Shown here in pieces: positions 1 to 14,094 of a DNA stretch of 64,000 nucleotides (positions are counted from its first letter, which is position 1; every line of letters begins with the position of its first letter). A program made the position numbers and the translations under genes. The notes beneath the pieces were generated by a model. The model was not told the DNA's origin and did not search any database. It worked only from the letters and a program-made list of their open reading frames with translations. Origin of the DNA: Lama guanicoe (Eukaryota); the NCBI GenBank assembly GCA_013239625.1, contig MU057349.1, forward strand, positions 929,753 through 993,752, read 5' to 3'.

Positions 1-371
1 CAAATAGTGAAGAGAAACAGAGTGCAGTGTATTTTGGCTTTTCCATTTCACCTTTCCAGAAGCCTAATTAAACATATTACAAATCCTGTATACACAGGTC
101 ATTCTGCAGTTGGTTGCCAAAATATCTGCTTCATATGTGTCTGGATCCAAGTGGTGACCAGGGGCTCTTGTAGACCAAGTTCCCAATTGGAACTGATCGT
201 TTTCTCTCCTGTGAGCTTAAAGGAATTTATTTTTAAACTTATTTATGGACTCTACAATATTCTGCCAATATGTATTTATGGAAGTGCTTGTTTATATATT
301 TATTTTGAAGTCTTTCTCTTGAAGCAACTACTTATTAAAATAAGTAGGAAATGTATATACTTCTTATGGTC

Positions 372-468
372 TTTTTTTTTTTTTCTTAATGGAGGTGCTG
401 GGGATTAAACGCAGGACCTCGTGCGTGCTAAGCATGTGCTCTACCACTGAGCTATACCCTTCCCCCCC
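372..468 (-). mobile_element. tRNA-Ala-derived SINE (camelid Vic-1-like), short form
   Basis: Reverse complement reads GGGGGAAGGGTATAGCTCAGTGGTAGAGCACATGCTTAGCACGCACGAGGTCCTGCGTTTAATCCCCAGCACCTCCA followed by a poly(A) tail. Confidence 0.9.
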
Positions 469-1626
469 TTACTGTCCTTTTGATACTGCTCTTTTGGGAT
501 TTTAAGAGCCATTGTGCTTTCATAGCTTATTTCAAAGGGAAATGGAAAAGATAAAAAGATTTTAGTTAGCAAATTGACATGTATCCAGAACTTGAGAGAA
601 GTTACTAAAAGTTCGGATTGGAATCCTGTTTTAGTTCACTCGTGATCTTTATTATCTGTCATTCATTTCACAAAGAAAGAGCCTGGAACACCTCCTTCCT
701 CCCTCCTCACTCCTTACTCCTTGTTTTCAGGCAGAGATGTGTGTTACAAAAAGACCTTCACTCTCTTGTGACAGGAAGCTCATAAAATTGCATTCAAGAA
801 TCTAGCTCAGGAAGAGCAGCTTCTAGACACCGTCTAAATAGTGCTTTTGATTTCATGTATGCTAGTTTCCTTCGAATGTTCAGACAGGTCAGACATTTCA
901 ATTTACAGTCAAGACCCACGTCATCTAACATTGGCAGGCCCTCTCCCACCTTGAATTCTGTGACCGCACGAATCATCCTGATTTTGATGAATAGAAATGC
1001 TGGGTAGGAAAAGGAAGAATGGTGTACAGGGTTTAGGTACCAGCTCCACTTCTAGTTGACTCTGTAACCCTGGGCGAGAAACCTGACATATTTTGCGTCT
1101 GGGTCCCATTCAAAGTAAAACCAGTATAAAAGTATACCTGTTAACATGTGCTTGTCTGTTTCAATGTGAACAAGTGGAGTAATTATAAGAAAATGTACTT
1201 TAAGCATTTTAGAGCAAAATAGTAATAAAATTCTAGGTTTTGTTAATAATAATTTACTAGCATCTTCTTCCTTTATGGAATGGATTCATGCTAGGTCTTT
1301 CTGTTTGGGCCAAGCATCCTTTATCCTATTTTGACTCTTTCTGTGGCATGTAATGAAACAGAGAGAATAAGAAAACAGTGTGCATGTGTACTTGTTTTAC
1401 TGATAGGCTAGGGAAGCCCTGGCAGCAGCTAGCACTAGGTTAAAAGATGAACAATTCCAGAGCCTTCAAAGATCAGAATGGATTGAGAAAAAATAGGACT
1501 GAAGCTTAGTAGTCTCTCCTTTTATTTGTTTCCCTTATTTCAATTCTTTTGCCTTTATCTGCTCTCCTTCACTTACAGTCATTAAATGGCCCCTTTCCTA
1601 GCTTCTTTTATTGACAGTGAACAGAA

Positions 1627-2145
1627 TTTTTTTTCAGCTTTATTGACATATAATTGACAAGTAAGATTGTAATATATTTAAAGTGTACAACATGACAATT
1701 TCATATTCATATACATTCTGACAGGATTCCCACTAAGTTAACACATCCATGACCTCGTGTATTTGATTTGATTTGATTTGATTTGATTTGGTGAGGACAT
1801 TTAAGTTCTACTCTATTAGGGAATTTCAACTATACAATACAGTATTATCAACTATAGTCATTGTGTTACATGTTAGAGCCTCAGATCTTAGTTCTCTTAC
1901 AACTGAAAATGTGTACCCTTTTACCAGCTCTACCTATTCCCCTAACCCCTACCTCCTGGCAACTACCATTCTAGTCTCTGTTTCTGTGGGTTTGACTTCT
2001 TTTTTTCTGGAGATTCCATCTATAAATGATCCAGTGCAATGTTTGTCTTTCCTTGCCTGGCTTATTTCACTCAGCATAATGTCCTCCAGGTTCATCCATG
2101 CTTTTGCAAATGGCAGGATTTCCTTCTTTTTAAAGGTTGGATAAT
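1627..2145 (-). mobile_element. L1 3' end (L1MA/MB-like), 5'-truncated
   Basis: Poly-T then cagctttattgacatataattgac...ggcttatttcactcagcataatgtcctccaggttcatccatg. Internal (TTTGA)n at about 1761-1790. Confidence 0.85.
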
Positions 2146-3287
2146 CAACAGATATTTTTGTGCTCCTGTTGGTGAAGGACCAGACTGATCAGATTCTGGG
2201 AAAAAGCAATGAAGGCCTGCCCCTTCTATTCTTCCTTCAGGGATCTTATATTCTAAATTTCAGCAGTCAAAGGAACCTGTTTGTTTCTCCTTGAAAGTTT
2301 ATATAAGGGGGACCTAACACATGGCAGACTGAAAAGGCAGACTAGGGGCTTGGGGACTGGGTGGAGGGGGAATGCTCTAGGACCAAATAATAATTAGCAA
2401 TTTGGATGTTAAATGAATTTCGTGATCCTCAAAGACAAAAACTTAATAAGTGTAATTTTACATTATTTCCATAAATTAGGGATAGTCTCTGCATAATAAT
2501 TTATTTTCTAATACATAATGCTTCACATAATAGGGAAAAGATTTATCTGATAAAGAAAGATCTTGTAATTATAGAATACTTTTAAAATACTGTTTTAATT
2601 TTAGACTCATAAATAGAAAATAATGAAATAATTCGAAGAGGAGGATTGGTTTAATAAGTAAATTGAGTTCTTCTGCAAGTGACATCTTAATAAATCTACA
2701 AATGATGCCAAATTATATGAAAATAATTTAAAAACTAGATTAATTATTCATGTCCATTATATTTATATAATTTATTATTTATTTAGTACTTTGTTGTTGT
2801 TGTCACACATTGTGCCAAGATATCCTTTCTCAAATGAAGTCCAAATTTCCAGAATTCCTAATCAGTTAATTCCTAATTAGTAAAGCTTCAATTTATGAGT
2901 TTTGACTGTATATGAAGCCGGTAATCAACTTCTTCACTTATTTAACAGCCATTTTTCCCACTGGGCAAAATATATTGAGTGCCTTTTAGTAACCAAGAAG
3001 TTTTTTTTTTTTTAAACCTGAAACAAATAAATTACAATACCATCTCCTTAAGTATTTGTTATTGTTTCTTACCAGATGAGAGCACAACAGACATGTCCAA
3101 TTTTTGGGGTTTTTTTTGTCTAGGTGAAAGGTGAATACAGTTACAATAAAGAAAAGTTAATTGTGCCTTTATGTTGTTATTGAAGACATTTTTTAATTCC
3201 CAGTCCTGCTTTTTTAGTTTCCTGATTATGCATACCATTCATTTAAATTTTATTTTTGTAGTAAAAAAAATTATCTTTTTCTTACAG

Positions 3288-3358
3288 TTAATATTTCAGT
3301 GTCTAATGATACCATATTGGCTCCTGAGGATTTGCCAACTGTTTCTTCTACTGGCATG
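3288..3358 (+). CDS. SLC4A4: SLC4A4 exon ~15 (71 nt): (V)NISVSNDTILAPEDLPTVSSTGM, extracellular loop 3
   Basis: Acceptor ttttcttacag|TT, donor ATG|gtaagt. 2 nt plus 23 codons. Resembles human [23 protein letters not shown] with both N-glycosylation sequons. Not in the ORF track. Confidence 0.93.
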
Positions 3359-4255
3359 GTAAGTGACTTAATATTTCAAATCATTTGCATATTGTATATT
3401 CTAATTATAATATTCATATGATATCTCCCACCATTCAGCAATCTAGTCTGAACACGTATTTAATAACCAGTGATAAGTGGAGGGACAGAAAAAACATTTT
3501 CTGTGTTCTGGTCAGCTTTGTTTCCTTTTCTTTTTTCTTTTAAACTGAAGTGAGTATTTACTCCTACAACATACTTTTCAAACCTTCTCAGAAATTTAAC
3601 TGTTCTGTCCATTAATGGTCACCTTGAAATATTTTCACAAGGGAAAGTGAAGTAAGCTGACAAATGAGAGCGTGGTATCCTTTCTTTGTTTCTAGTATGA
3701 TTGCGAATTCTTCTGACTCCCAGGTGGTGCTGTGCTCCCTTCACTGAGGGTGACGGTAGCAGGACATTTCCCGTGTCACTGTGAAAGGACTGTGCCTCTA
3801 TCACATGACGTCCTTTCCCATGGCTTGTAACCAAGGATCTTTAAGAGACTGGAACTAAGCTTTAAAAATGAGCTGTTTTGCATGGAAGGTCGCACCCTGG
3901 AAGGAGACTTTTGTGTTGGAGAGAAAGGGGAAAGTGCTGTTTCAGACTTGCAATTGTGCTCGTTCTACACTGGCTGTGGAAGCTTACCAAAGAATATCAA
4001 TCTCTCAGTTATGAAGACAGACACCATAAGACTTTGTATTGATAGAGTGCCCATCTCTCAGGAGACCAGAACACTCCTACGGATATTGCATAACAAGTGC
4101 CCACGTCACCCCTTTCAAAGATGATGTTTTGAATCTTTCCTGGACAACTCTCACGTTCTCTGTCGTTTTCATATTCAACGGCTCTCTTCACTTTTTTACT
4201 TACTGTTTTCCCTGCCTTTCCCCAAACTTTGCCTCTCTGTTTCTTCCATGTTTGA

Positions 4256-4285
4256 GAGTGTGTGTGAGTGTGTGTGTGTGTGTGT
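4256..4285. repeat. (TG)n microsatellite
   Basis: Seen directly. Confidence 0.9.
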
Positions 4286-4754
4286 AAGAGAATACGTGTA
4301 TGTTTAAAGGGCACATTCAGAAAAGAGCTCAGTTTTCAGTCTTTGAGTCAGCCAACCTAGTGCCTTAAAGGATGTGACTAAAACACCAAAAAATACATCC
4401 TTCTAGACTTTCAAGAAATTTAATTAAAATCTAATTAAAAATTTAAACTCTACATGTAATTAATTAAAATGGTAAGTTAATTTGCAATAAAAATTAATAA
4501 AACACTCACTTCCAGTGACTTAAAAAGAGATTGTTTCCTAATTTAATTCTTTTTGTAACTGATCAAGGAAAGCTTTGAAATTAATGAATTTTTAAGCCCT
4601 GTCTTTGGGCAAGTTCTAGAGAGACTCTCATAATTGATATTGTAATTATAGCAAGATGTCACTGTAAGATTCATGGAAAACAAATGGGAGTTGTGGTTGA
4701 CTTCTGGTACGACTATGACAGAGGACATAAAGATACAATAATGATTGTAATTTT

Positions 4755-5010
4755 GCTGCCATTTATTGAGCATCTACAGGAGACCAGGTGTTTCATACAT
4801 ATTATCATCATTATAAACCTTAATATGTGTTATAATCATTAACACCAACTACCAGGCAAGATTACCTTCATTTTCTAGATGAGAGAAACTGAAGCTCCGG
4901 GAGGTAAACAGCCTTTCTAGCTCCAGGTCACAGAGCCGTACATTAGTAGAGCAGAGATTGAACTGAGGTCTGGGTTCCACAACCTGTGGTCCTGCTGCTG
5001 CACCACGATG
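4755..5010. mobile_element. MIR
   Basis: cattttctagatgagagaaactgaagctccgggaggtaaa MIR core. Confidence 0.7.
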
Positions 5011-5274
5011 CTTCAGTGTTTGCAGATTGAACTGTGTCCTTTTTTTAGTCCCTATGAATGGTCTGTGCTCCAGGACAACAGTCCCCTCATGTGTGTGTCA
5101 GTGGCACACCTTAATTAAAATGTTAAGTTGCTCTGTCCAGCACCTCTAGGGAAGAAATTAGGGGGAAAATATGTAGTGTGTGTGTAATTATGAACAACTT
5201 TTGTTCTGTTCTTCATTTCTCCTTTTCTATCTATCAATTCCTTTATGTATACTTTGTGTAGACACAGACACTAA

Positions 5275-5315
5275 ACACGCACACACACACACACACACAC
5301 ACATACACACACACA
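5275..5315. repeat. (CA)n microsatellite
   Basis: Seen directly. Confidence 0.9.
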
Positions 5316-5359
5316 TGATCCAGAAATGAGAGTTAAAGAGATAATGATTTATTATCATC

Positions 5360-5835
5360 AGTAATAGTACCTAAAGTTGAGCACTGACTATGGATCAGGC
5401 TCTTTACATTAATTGTCTATAATCCTCACAATAACTTTGTGAGTTAATATGTTACTGGTATTTTATTGATGAAACAGAGGCTTATAAAGGTTAGCTGACT
5501 TTCCAAAGGCCATATGACCAGTATATAGTAAAACCGGAATTTGAACTCAGGGCTTTCTAACTCCAAAATCTGACTGTTTCCATTCTTTGGGGTAGCATAC
5601 TAGCGTGTCACGTGGAAAGACTTGGAGATACTAAGTTCTTACGTCAGACTGCCTGGTTTCAAATGCAGCGCTCCAGTACTCAGCAGGCTGTGGGACCTTC
5701 TCAGTTCCCATCCGTACCGTGGTGGTGATAATAGTATTTACCTCCAGGATACTGGAAGAGCCAGGTTAATAAATAAGCAGAACTTAGCAGAGTGGCTGGC
5801 ACACACCTGTCTCCCCATCAGTGTTAGGTGCTGTC
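5360..5835. mobile_element. Two adjacent MIRs in opposite orientation
   Basis: ttttattgatgaaacagaggc...ggaatttgaactcagg, then gtcagactgcctggtttcaaat...tcagttccca. Confidence 0.65.
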
Positions 5836-6323
5836 TTATGCTATGTAGGTATGCTCGTCCTTCCACTCGGCTGTTTGCCATTATAACTCAGGTTAGTGGA
5901 GGGGAGAAATTAGAAGCCAGTGCTTCAGACAGGCTGCTGGCTCCTCTCTTCGGCCACACTGGCTCTGCTAACCTTTCCTAGGACATGGTCAGCCACTTCA
6001 CTTCCTCCTTTTCATTCGGCCATAATTAGATTATGAAAGAAGTTACTGTAAAAGTGACACGCGGCCCCTGGGCACCAGCGAGACTCCCTCTCAGAAGGCG
6101 CTGAGAACATCCTGTCAGAGGAAGGAAGCCTTTTTCTTTTCAGCTTCATTAGCATGAAGACAAGCCTTCTTCTTCCTCGTGGTGTGGGTGTGTCTTCAGG
6201 GGGAAAGAGCAGGAGAAATGGGGCATGAGAGCGTTTAGGCAGATCAGAACTCTCAGATCACCACCCTTCAAGGGAAAAAAATAGGTTTCCCATTGTTTCC
6301 ATTTATTGTTGGAATCATTGTGT

Positions 6324-6935
6324 CTTTTTTTAAATTGAAGTATAGTCAGCTTACCAGTGTATTGGTTTCTGGTGTACAGCATAATGCTTCAGTCATACAT
6401 ACACATACATATATTTGTTTTCATATTCTTTTTCATTATAGGTTACTGAGATATTGAACATAGTTCCCTGTGCTGTACAGAAGGACCTTGTTATTTATCT
6501 ATTTTATTTATAGTAATTAGTATCTGCAATCCTGAACTCCCAGTTTATCCCTCCTCACTCGTGTAACCATAAGTTTTCTCTCTATGTCTGTGGGTCTGTT
6601 TGTGTTTTGTAAATAAGTTCACGTCTCTTTTTTAGATTCCACACGTGAGTGATATCGTATGGTATTTTTCTTTCTCTTTCTGACTTCACNNNNNNNNNNN
6701 NNNNNNNNNNNNNNNNNNNNNNNNNNNNNNNNNNNNNNNNNNNNNNNNNNNNNNNNNNNNNNNNNNNNNNNNNNNNNNNNNNNNNNNNNNNNNNNNNNNN
6801 NNNNNNNNNNNNNNNNNNNNNNNNNNNNNNNAAATTGTGCTGCTATGAACAGTGGGGTGCATGTATTGTTTCAAACTAGAGTTTCCTCCAGATATATGCC
6901 CAGGAGTGGGATTGCTGGATCATAAGGTAAGTCTG
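6324..6935 (-). mobile_element. L1 3' end (young, artiodactyl/camelid type)
   Basis: ttttaaattgaagtatagtcag...tatatgcccaggagtgggattgctggatcata; spans the gap. Confidence 0.88.
6690..6831. other. Assembly gap (142 N) inside an L1 3' end
   Basis: N run with L1 3' sequence on both sides. Confidence 0.99.
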
Positions 6936-7199
6936 TTCTTTAAACTGTCTCACCATTGTCAGTTTTCCCGTAGATTTCTCACTTGGAATATCCCTTCAAC
7001 CTGCAACCAATGTTCTTTAAAAGATCTCTAAATCTTCGAGACCAGCCACAGCTTATCCACGCTGTGTCTCAACAGTCAGCACTGAGATGTGCTGCTTACT
7101 AGCTCTTAGAGCGAGAGAACAGATTTCAAAATTTAATGTCAGTCTCTTCTGAGAAGGTGATAGAATGGATCAGTTAGTATCTGTTTTTCATATGAGATT

Positions 7200-7985
7200 T
7201 TTTAATTAAATTGAGGCAAAACCTAAGATACACAGTTCTTATATGCTCTTTGTAATGAGTTTTGACAATTTCTTATCTCATGTAACCACCACCCAAAACA
7301 AGGTATAGCGTGTTCCATCATCCCAGGAAGTCCCGTGAAATGCTCTGTTTCCTGCATTATGCTCTAGTTTTTTGAGCCTTGGGAGATCTTTCTTTGCCCA
7401 ACTGCTCTGCATCCAGCCTTCAGCGAGCAGGTGCCTTAGCCCTGTCAGAGAGCTGAATACCTCCAAGGGATTCCCCTCAGCTCTCCTGTCCTCCTTCCCA
7501 TCTTAGGAAAGTGGCTTCCTTGCATCTGATGAAATGTTGTGTCTAAGAGGGGGGGTTCTCTCAGCTCTCCTGTCCAATCTCTCCAGCCTTTTATGTATAG
7601 TCTATGCAGTTGGCAAAGACCATGAAAGGGTTGGTGTGTGGATGCAGGTGGGTTGATGCCAGGGGCTCCATGGAATTCTAGCCTGTCACCCCAGACTACA
7701 GGCAGCCATTAAAAATTCATTAAAAATTTGGCTTATTTCTCCGTACCTCCATCTACAGTGGGTTTATCTCTCCCTGCTGCTCTGCCAAGGCTTGTGCACC
7801 AGCGATCGCTTCTCTCCTATGAAGGTCTTGTCACTTTTTGGAATTTAATTTATTTAGGTTTCTTTGCATTCTTCCCTCTCTGATGGAATTTTTTAAACTG
7901 TGATTTTATAGCTTATCTGGCTTGTTTTGGTTCTTAAGTTTGGGACAACTAACAGTCTCCTGCAACTTTCGATATCTTAAGCAGA
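7200..7985 (-). mobile_element. Old L1M fragments
   Basis: Degenerate L1MC/ME-like 3' motifs (atgagttttgacaa...gtaaccaccaccca). Boundaries approximate. Confidence 0.5.
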
Positions 7986-8536
7986 ACAACCAATTTGTTT
8001 TGGAAATTGCAGCTCACATGCATCCTGCAGATCATAAAGTAAGACTACAGATCACTGCCCTTCTGGCTTACCCACTGCAGGGAAAAAACCCTGAATGAGT
8101 ACATTAAATACATAACCTTGTGACTTATTTGTCACCTTACCCTCACTTTTATATATATAAAATATAAAGGCATATATTTTACCAGTTGATATTCAAGGAG
8201 AGCAATATAGAAATCTTTCATTTTTATTTAAAATTTTTTTTGCACATTGTGTTACCCAGTGAAGCATATCATGTCTACATGGAGATCCTGTTAATCGTGG
8301 GCCTAAGAACTGTTACAGTCTCATAAATTCCACTTGGCATTCAGACATGGAAGCAAAAGTGCTTTGATTTGATGTCCTCTCAGGGTGATTCTAGGAGTTA
8401 ACATTCATTTTCATGGGAAATGGAATGTCATATTAATCTTCTTGTGCATAGCATACTTGTGATTTTCTCTCATTAAGAAAGTCCAGTGCAAAAACCACTC
8501 TGTCCTTAAATCTTGAAGATTACATGTCCCTACTTT

Positions 8537-8676
8537 TTTTTTTTTTAACTTTTCCTTATTTTGGTTGGGGGGGGTAGATTTATTTATTTATTTTTAGAGG
8601 AGGTGCTGAGGGGTTGAACCCAGGACCTCATGCATGCTAAGCATGCACTCTACCACTTGAGCTATACCCTCCCCCA
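8537..8676 (-). mobile_element. tRNA-Ala-derived SINE, long form with 3' extension
   Basis: tRNA-like head with A and B boxes, TAAA/C-rich extension and A tail. TSD acatgt(c/t)cctacttt at 8522-8536 and 8677-8691. Confidence 0.92.
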
Positions 8677-9662
8677 ACATGTTCCTACTTTAAAAAATAT
8701 TATGGAAAATTTAAAACATGCACTTAAATAGGCAGAATAATGATACAATAAATCCTCCTCTACACATCACCTAGCTTCAATGACTGTCAGAATTTTGCCC
8801 ATTCTCTCTCATGTATCCCCCACTTTGTCTCTGTGGAGGATGCTGTCATATTTAAAATTTTAAAATTAATCCTTCAGTAGATATTTGACTTTTTAGGTTT
8901 ATAAACACTGAATACAGACAGGGTCATTCTCTAGACAGTGAGATCCAGAAAAATAGGTAGAAATCTCTTTTCATGAGATTGCCCTTGGTTAAGACCCTCA
9001 GCAACTTGGTCCCATTTTCTTGGCACCTCTTTTTCTTACACCTGTTTATGCAGACACTCTGCTTTGGCCCACCTGGTGCACTCACTGTGAGTTCTTCCAT
9101 TTGGTGAGTATTCGATAAGTTGTAGACTTAAAGGACTTACTGAAGCATTGTATGTCTCTAAATCAGCATCTTTGCTCATGGTGTGTCTCTGTCTAATGCT
9201 TTACTTCTTTGTTTCTGCCAATACAGGAAGAAATATACATCCAAAATTTGTCGCTTTCATTCCCTTTTCCATTGGCTTTTGTTGCTCTCGGCCATTCCTT
9301 CCTAGTTTTGTTGTCCTGCCACTTTTCTCCCTACTGCCTTTTGAGTATGAGAGTTCTACAAAGACAAGTCTTTCTTGTAAGGTGTAGTTTAATTTTTGTT
9401 TTCCTTGTGCTCCATGAAATGAGTAAGTCCCTCTTCTGATCTACTCACCTCTTTCTTTTACTGCCTTGTATAATTAGCCAATATTTAAGTGGTCGTATTT
9501 TATTTCTCTAATAAACCTTTTCAAAATTATTCTTTATTGCTCCCTTAAAGCTTATCTTAGTTTATCCATATAATTGGGGCCCAATGCATTTTCTGTTTTG
9601 TTTTGACCACATTTTTCTACTTTCTGTTTTGTTACTCAAGAAAAGCCTGTATCTAATTGAAA

Positions 9663-9852
9663 TAGTGTCACCAGAGTTAGAAAAAAATAGAGTCATGGTT
9701 GCACTTGAATTTCAGATAAATAATGAATAATTTTTTTTAGTGTAAGTATGTCCCACATATTGCATAGGGTATACTTATACTGAAAATATTATTCATTGTT
9801 TATCTGAAATTCAGATGTAACTGGGAATCCTGTATTTTGCCTGATCACTCTA
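9663..9852. mobile_element. MER53-like palindromic hAT MITE
   Basis: Long imperfect palindrome gaatttcagataaataatgaata...tattcattgtttatctgaaattc centred on gtatgtcccacatattgcatagggtatac. 8-bp TSD aattgaaa/aagtgaaa. Confidence 0.85.
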
Positions 9853-11194
9853 AAGTGAAAGTTTATTTTGCTTTCATTTTGTCCTCCAATTGAAAGGATA
9901 GATAAATCGATAGGTATCTTCCTTAAATATGTCAAATATTTGGATCTTGATGAATGATTTCATTCATTCAGTTAACTGTGGCTTATTTTGGTGCCTGCTG
10001 TATCCTAAATTGGACTCTGCCCGTGTCTTGGTCAGCTCTTCATTCTTATTTTTGGTGACACACAGTCCCTTGGGTCTGCAGATGCTATGCGCTTGTCATT
10101 TCTGGCTTCTACCCATCTCTGGTCCGAACAGACCAAGTCCTAGTCACACTCTCCCCCCATCTCTCTCTCCAGCTTAATCTTTCATCTTCCTTTCTCCACC
10201 CTTCTTATTCCCAGCACCCTTTTTATCCTTCCGTACCCATAACTGGGTTCTTTCTCATCCATCATAAGCATCTCAGAAGTCTTCACCAGCCCTGAAGAAC
10301 TTGCCTGGATCATGTAATGCTTACATGCTCTAGCCTGTCCTTTGGCCACTGTATTTCTTGAAAAAAAAATTGTCTGGAATTGCCGTTTCAATTTTTCACT
10401 CTCCCACATTTCTCAGCTTATTTCTCTTATTTGAATCCTCGCTCAAGAAATTACCAAAGCATTCTAGTTACCAAAAATAATAAAAATGTATCAATGGATT
10501 TTGTTCAGTCTTCATTCCTTATTATCATTTCTGCAACGTTTGACCCTCTCAGCTCTCCCCCATTTTCCCTTCTTTTCATTTTCAGTATACTCTTTGTACT
10601 TTTCCTTTTACCCATCATTCTCTTGTGATGTCTCTACTTCTGTTGTGGGTACCCTAGATGTTTCACACTCTTTTCTCCTAGCACATTTTCCTTTTGTAGT
10701 TTTATTAAATCTTACTACTTCAGTGATCAGTTCTTTGCAGCTAACTCCTTAGTCGATGTCTCCAAACTTGACATCTTTTCCAGCTGCACGTCACCAGTCC
10801 CACTGGACATCTCTCTGAGCATTTCCAGCTTATCACACTGATGGTCTCACTGAGGGAAGCTACAGTGTACTTTCAATAGGAAGTTAGAAGCAGCATGAGA
10901 AATAGAGGTCACGTGCTATGAGAGTTCTGGCAGGCAGAGAGGACCTCTGAGATTATATTCCTATGTGTCTTGTTCTTTAGATTCTGATTTAACCACTTAA
11001 ACCCTGTGTATAGAATTTTGCATAGGAAATATAGATCAAAGCCATGGAGAAATGAGAATCTCCTCTAAGGAGTAAAGGACAGAGCAATGAGATAAAAGTC
11101 TCCTGCCCTAAGCCCAGAGGAGTGATCACTTGAAAGAGGCTTGTAGCCATGGTTGTGGGTGAGATGTGATACATTTTAATATAAAGTCTTCACC

Positions 11195-11390
11195 ATAATG
11201 TAACTTGTGAGAAAGAGAGGAATTAACAATGACTTCAGGGTTTTCTGTTCTTAGAATGTAGGCGGATGAAGTTGCTATTAACAGAGATGGGCAAGACCCT
11301 AAGGGTCGCAGGTTTCAGGAGGAAGATTAGGAGTTAGTTTTGAACATGTGAAGTTTAAAATGCCTCTGAGCGTGTAAGTAGGATGTAGAA
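11195..11390 (+). mobile_element. L2 fragment
   Basis: gagttagttttgaacatgtgaagtttaaaatgcct, typical of the L2 3' region. Confidence 0.6.
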
Positions 11391-12299
11391 TAGTTTACTA
11401 AAAAGTAATAACAAAATGATTAATCTTTCTTTGAATTGGAGAACATTTGCTGAGGAGTTAACAAAGCACTGTTAATCCTAAAAGCATGAAGTTGTTTTCA
11501 GAGTGAATGAGAGTTGGAGTGTGGCTGAAATACACAGAGAATGTCATATTAGGAGAACAGAATTATCTCAGTTATAATAGCACTAGAGCAGCGCTTCTGA
11601 AGCTGCAACGCATCACTGCCTCCTTTGAGGTTCTAATGAAATCTGTGGTGGCTCTTCCCAGAGAAATGTACATGCACACAGTATTTTACATATTTAAGGG
11701 GACTCGGGGATTTCTTTCCTTTTCATGTCACTTGGCATCTCCGTTGGGTATGTCTGGCACAGAGTTGCCCTCTTTCAGGAGCCAGTGTCACTTGGTTGTA
11801 CATTTTCCACCATGACTTACTGAACCGTAATCAGACTGGTTTGCATGCGAAGAATACTAGTCACTTTAGAGCATTTTTTAAAGTTATGATCACAGAGATC
11901 TTCCTGGTACTCTGCGTGACAGGTCCTCTTCGTAGCTGCACAGGAAAGTGAAGTTACTTTTTTCTGTCTTTCACCTGAATAGTGATAGAGTTGAGACTGA
12001 AACCCATGAAGGTATTTTCCCAGTCTGCTGCTTTAATACATGTTCAATCTCTCCTTCAAAATAAATGAACTTAGGAGGAATCACTTACGTCTTTTTGCTT
12101 ATTCTATGACTTACTACAATCTGAAAATTACGAATGATCAAAACTAAAATTACTTAAAATCAATCAGTTAGTATCAAAAACACTGTTCATGAAATAATAA
12201 GTGTAAAAGGCTGCCAAACAAAAATGTGTAATGTACTATTCTGCTGAAATCATGAGGATTTCATTTAAAAGAATAATATAAAGTAACATAGGAGCCCTG

Positions 12300-12525
12300 G
12301 ACAAGAAATTAAACCTTTTTCTGTAAAGGAACAGATAGTAGATATTTTAGAATTTGTGGGCCAGTCTCTGTTGAAATCCCTCAATGCTACAGTTGTAGCA
12401 GAAAGCGACTGTGAACAATATATAAATCAATGAGCATGACTGTGTTTCAATAAAACTTTTATTTACAGAAACAGGGGAGGGGGGTGGCAGAATTTGGTCT
12501 GTGAGATGTAGTTTGCTGATTCTGG
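12300..12525. mobile_element. MER58A-like hAT MITE
   Basis: aaacctttttctgtaaaggaacagatagtagatattttag...tgtgtttcaataaaacttttatttacagaaacagg...gtagtttgctgattctg. Confidence 0.8.
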
Positions 12526-14094
12526 GATTAAACTATTCATGGTAATTTTAGATAACTTTTAATAAGAGATGGGTAGACAGAGAGATAGGTAGGTGGATAA
12601 CTTTAAATGAAACGGCATTGTTTTTAAAGCAACGTTCCTCTCAGACTGAGCTGGGAATCCAGAGAGGTGAGTCAGGGGCTGCCTTGAGGTAGGTAGATGT
12701 GTTGAGAGACAGACTTAAATGCCTCCTCACTGGTGTAAAGGCAGAATAGCTCAGTTTTAATTATTGGGGCTCTGCATAAATTTTACATGAAAAAGGTGTT
12801 TGCTGATGATAAAAATTTGGAAACCATTAGATTTTCCAAGTGGCAACTGGTATCAGTGCAGTTTCTCTTGTTTTTAGTGTTCCCCTTAACTGGGCAAGGC
12901 AAAATTGACCTCTGAAGCAAAAAAATACAATTTTTATGCTAAACTATCTGTTTCACAAATATATTGAGATATGTTGTAATAAAAATTACATAAATCGGTA
13001 TCTGTGATGATTAAATTATCAGCTAATTTTTGAACACTCTACTTTGCATGTTTCCTTGTGTACACCATTAATAGATGAGTCATGCTCAGTCTTAATGCTT
13101 AGTTCTTGATACAGGTTTTGCCTGAAGTTTTATGGAGTTCACATTCATTGATAGCAGCTTATATGGAATAATAACACTGAGAAATGGAAAAAATATAGAT
13201 GCCTTTCCAGTGATATTTAAATAGAATTCCTTACTAGCTAGAGTTTAAGTTTTATGGGAATGGGAAACTGTGTATTAAAACATAGATACTTATGGATACG
13301 TGCTGCCTGAAGTTTTTATACTGAAGCTCTTAGTGAATGATGGTGTTTGGAGGCTAACTTTTCTGTTCAGTGACACAGAGAATCATTTGAGGCATACAAA
13401 CTAGTGATGCTGGCATTTTAAGTTGATCATAAACAAGGGAACATGTCTATCACTTCATGCACATCTATGTAGTTTTTACCTCAGCCTGAATCTCAGTCAG
13501 CAAATCAATAAAACTGCCTGATGGGATTGTTTCCACGCTGCTCACCACTTTGGGAAGCTCCAGCTACGGACGATTCTGCTGACATTAAAGTGCTGAAATA
13601 AAAGTGAAATTATGGTAAATTTTTGCTGATTTTAAAACAAAAGAAATCTGTTACCTCTTATGACCTCTAACCCTGAACTGAACTGTGCTAAAAACACTCA
13701 TATGTAGAAATCTGAAAAACAAAATGAGAAGTGATTAATCACCTCTCAGAAGTAGAGTTTGATTAAAGAGTAATTGTGCAATTCAGCTGTTTACACGTTG
13801 AAACTAATATTTCAGGGAAAGGTCTAGAGTTGTTTTTCCCCCTGACTTAAGTAAGAACTTTACCTTTGAGCTCTATAAAAATATGAATTCCTTCTGGCCA
13901 GAGAGTCTTCTTGCATGTGCATGATCATCTTTTATGACTAGATTACTTATATCATGAGAATTCGTGACTAGTAAAGGATACTGATGATGCATTTGGTATG
14001 AGGTAGAACTCTTGCCCCAAAGGACAGGAAAAATTTATCTTTATTTATTGTCAAATTACTCTTCTGTTAGCACATGACATAGCCATTAACCCTG

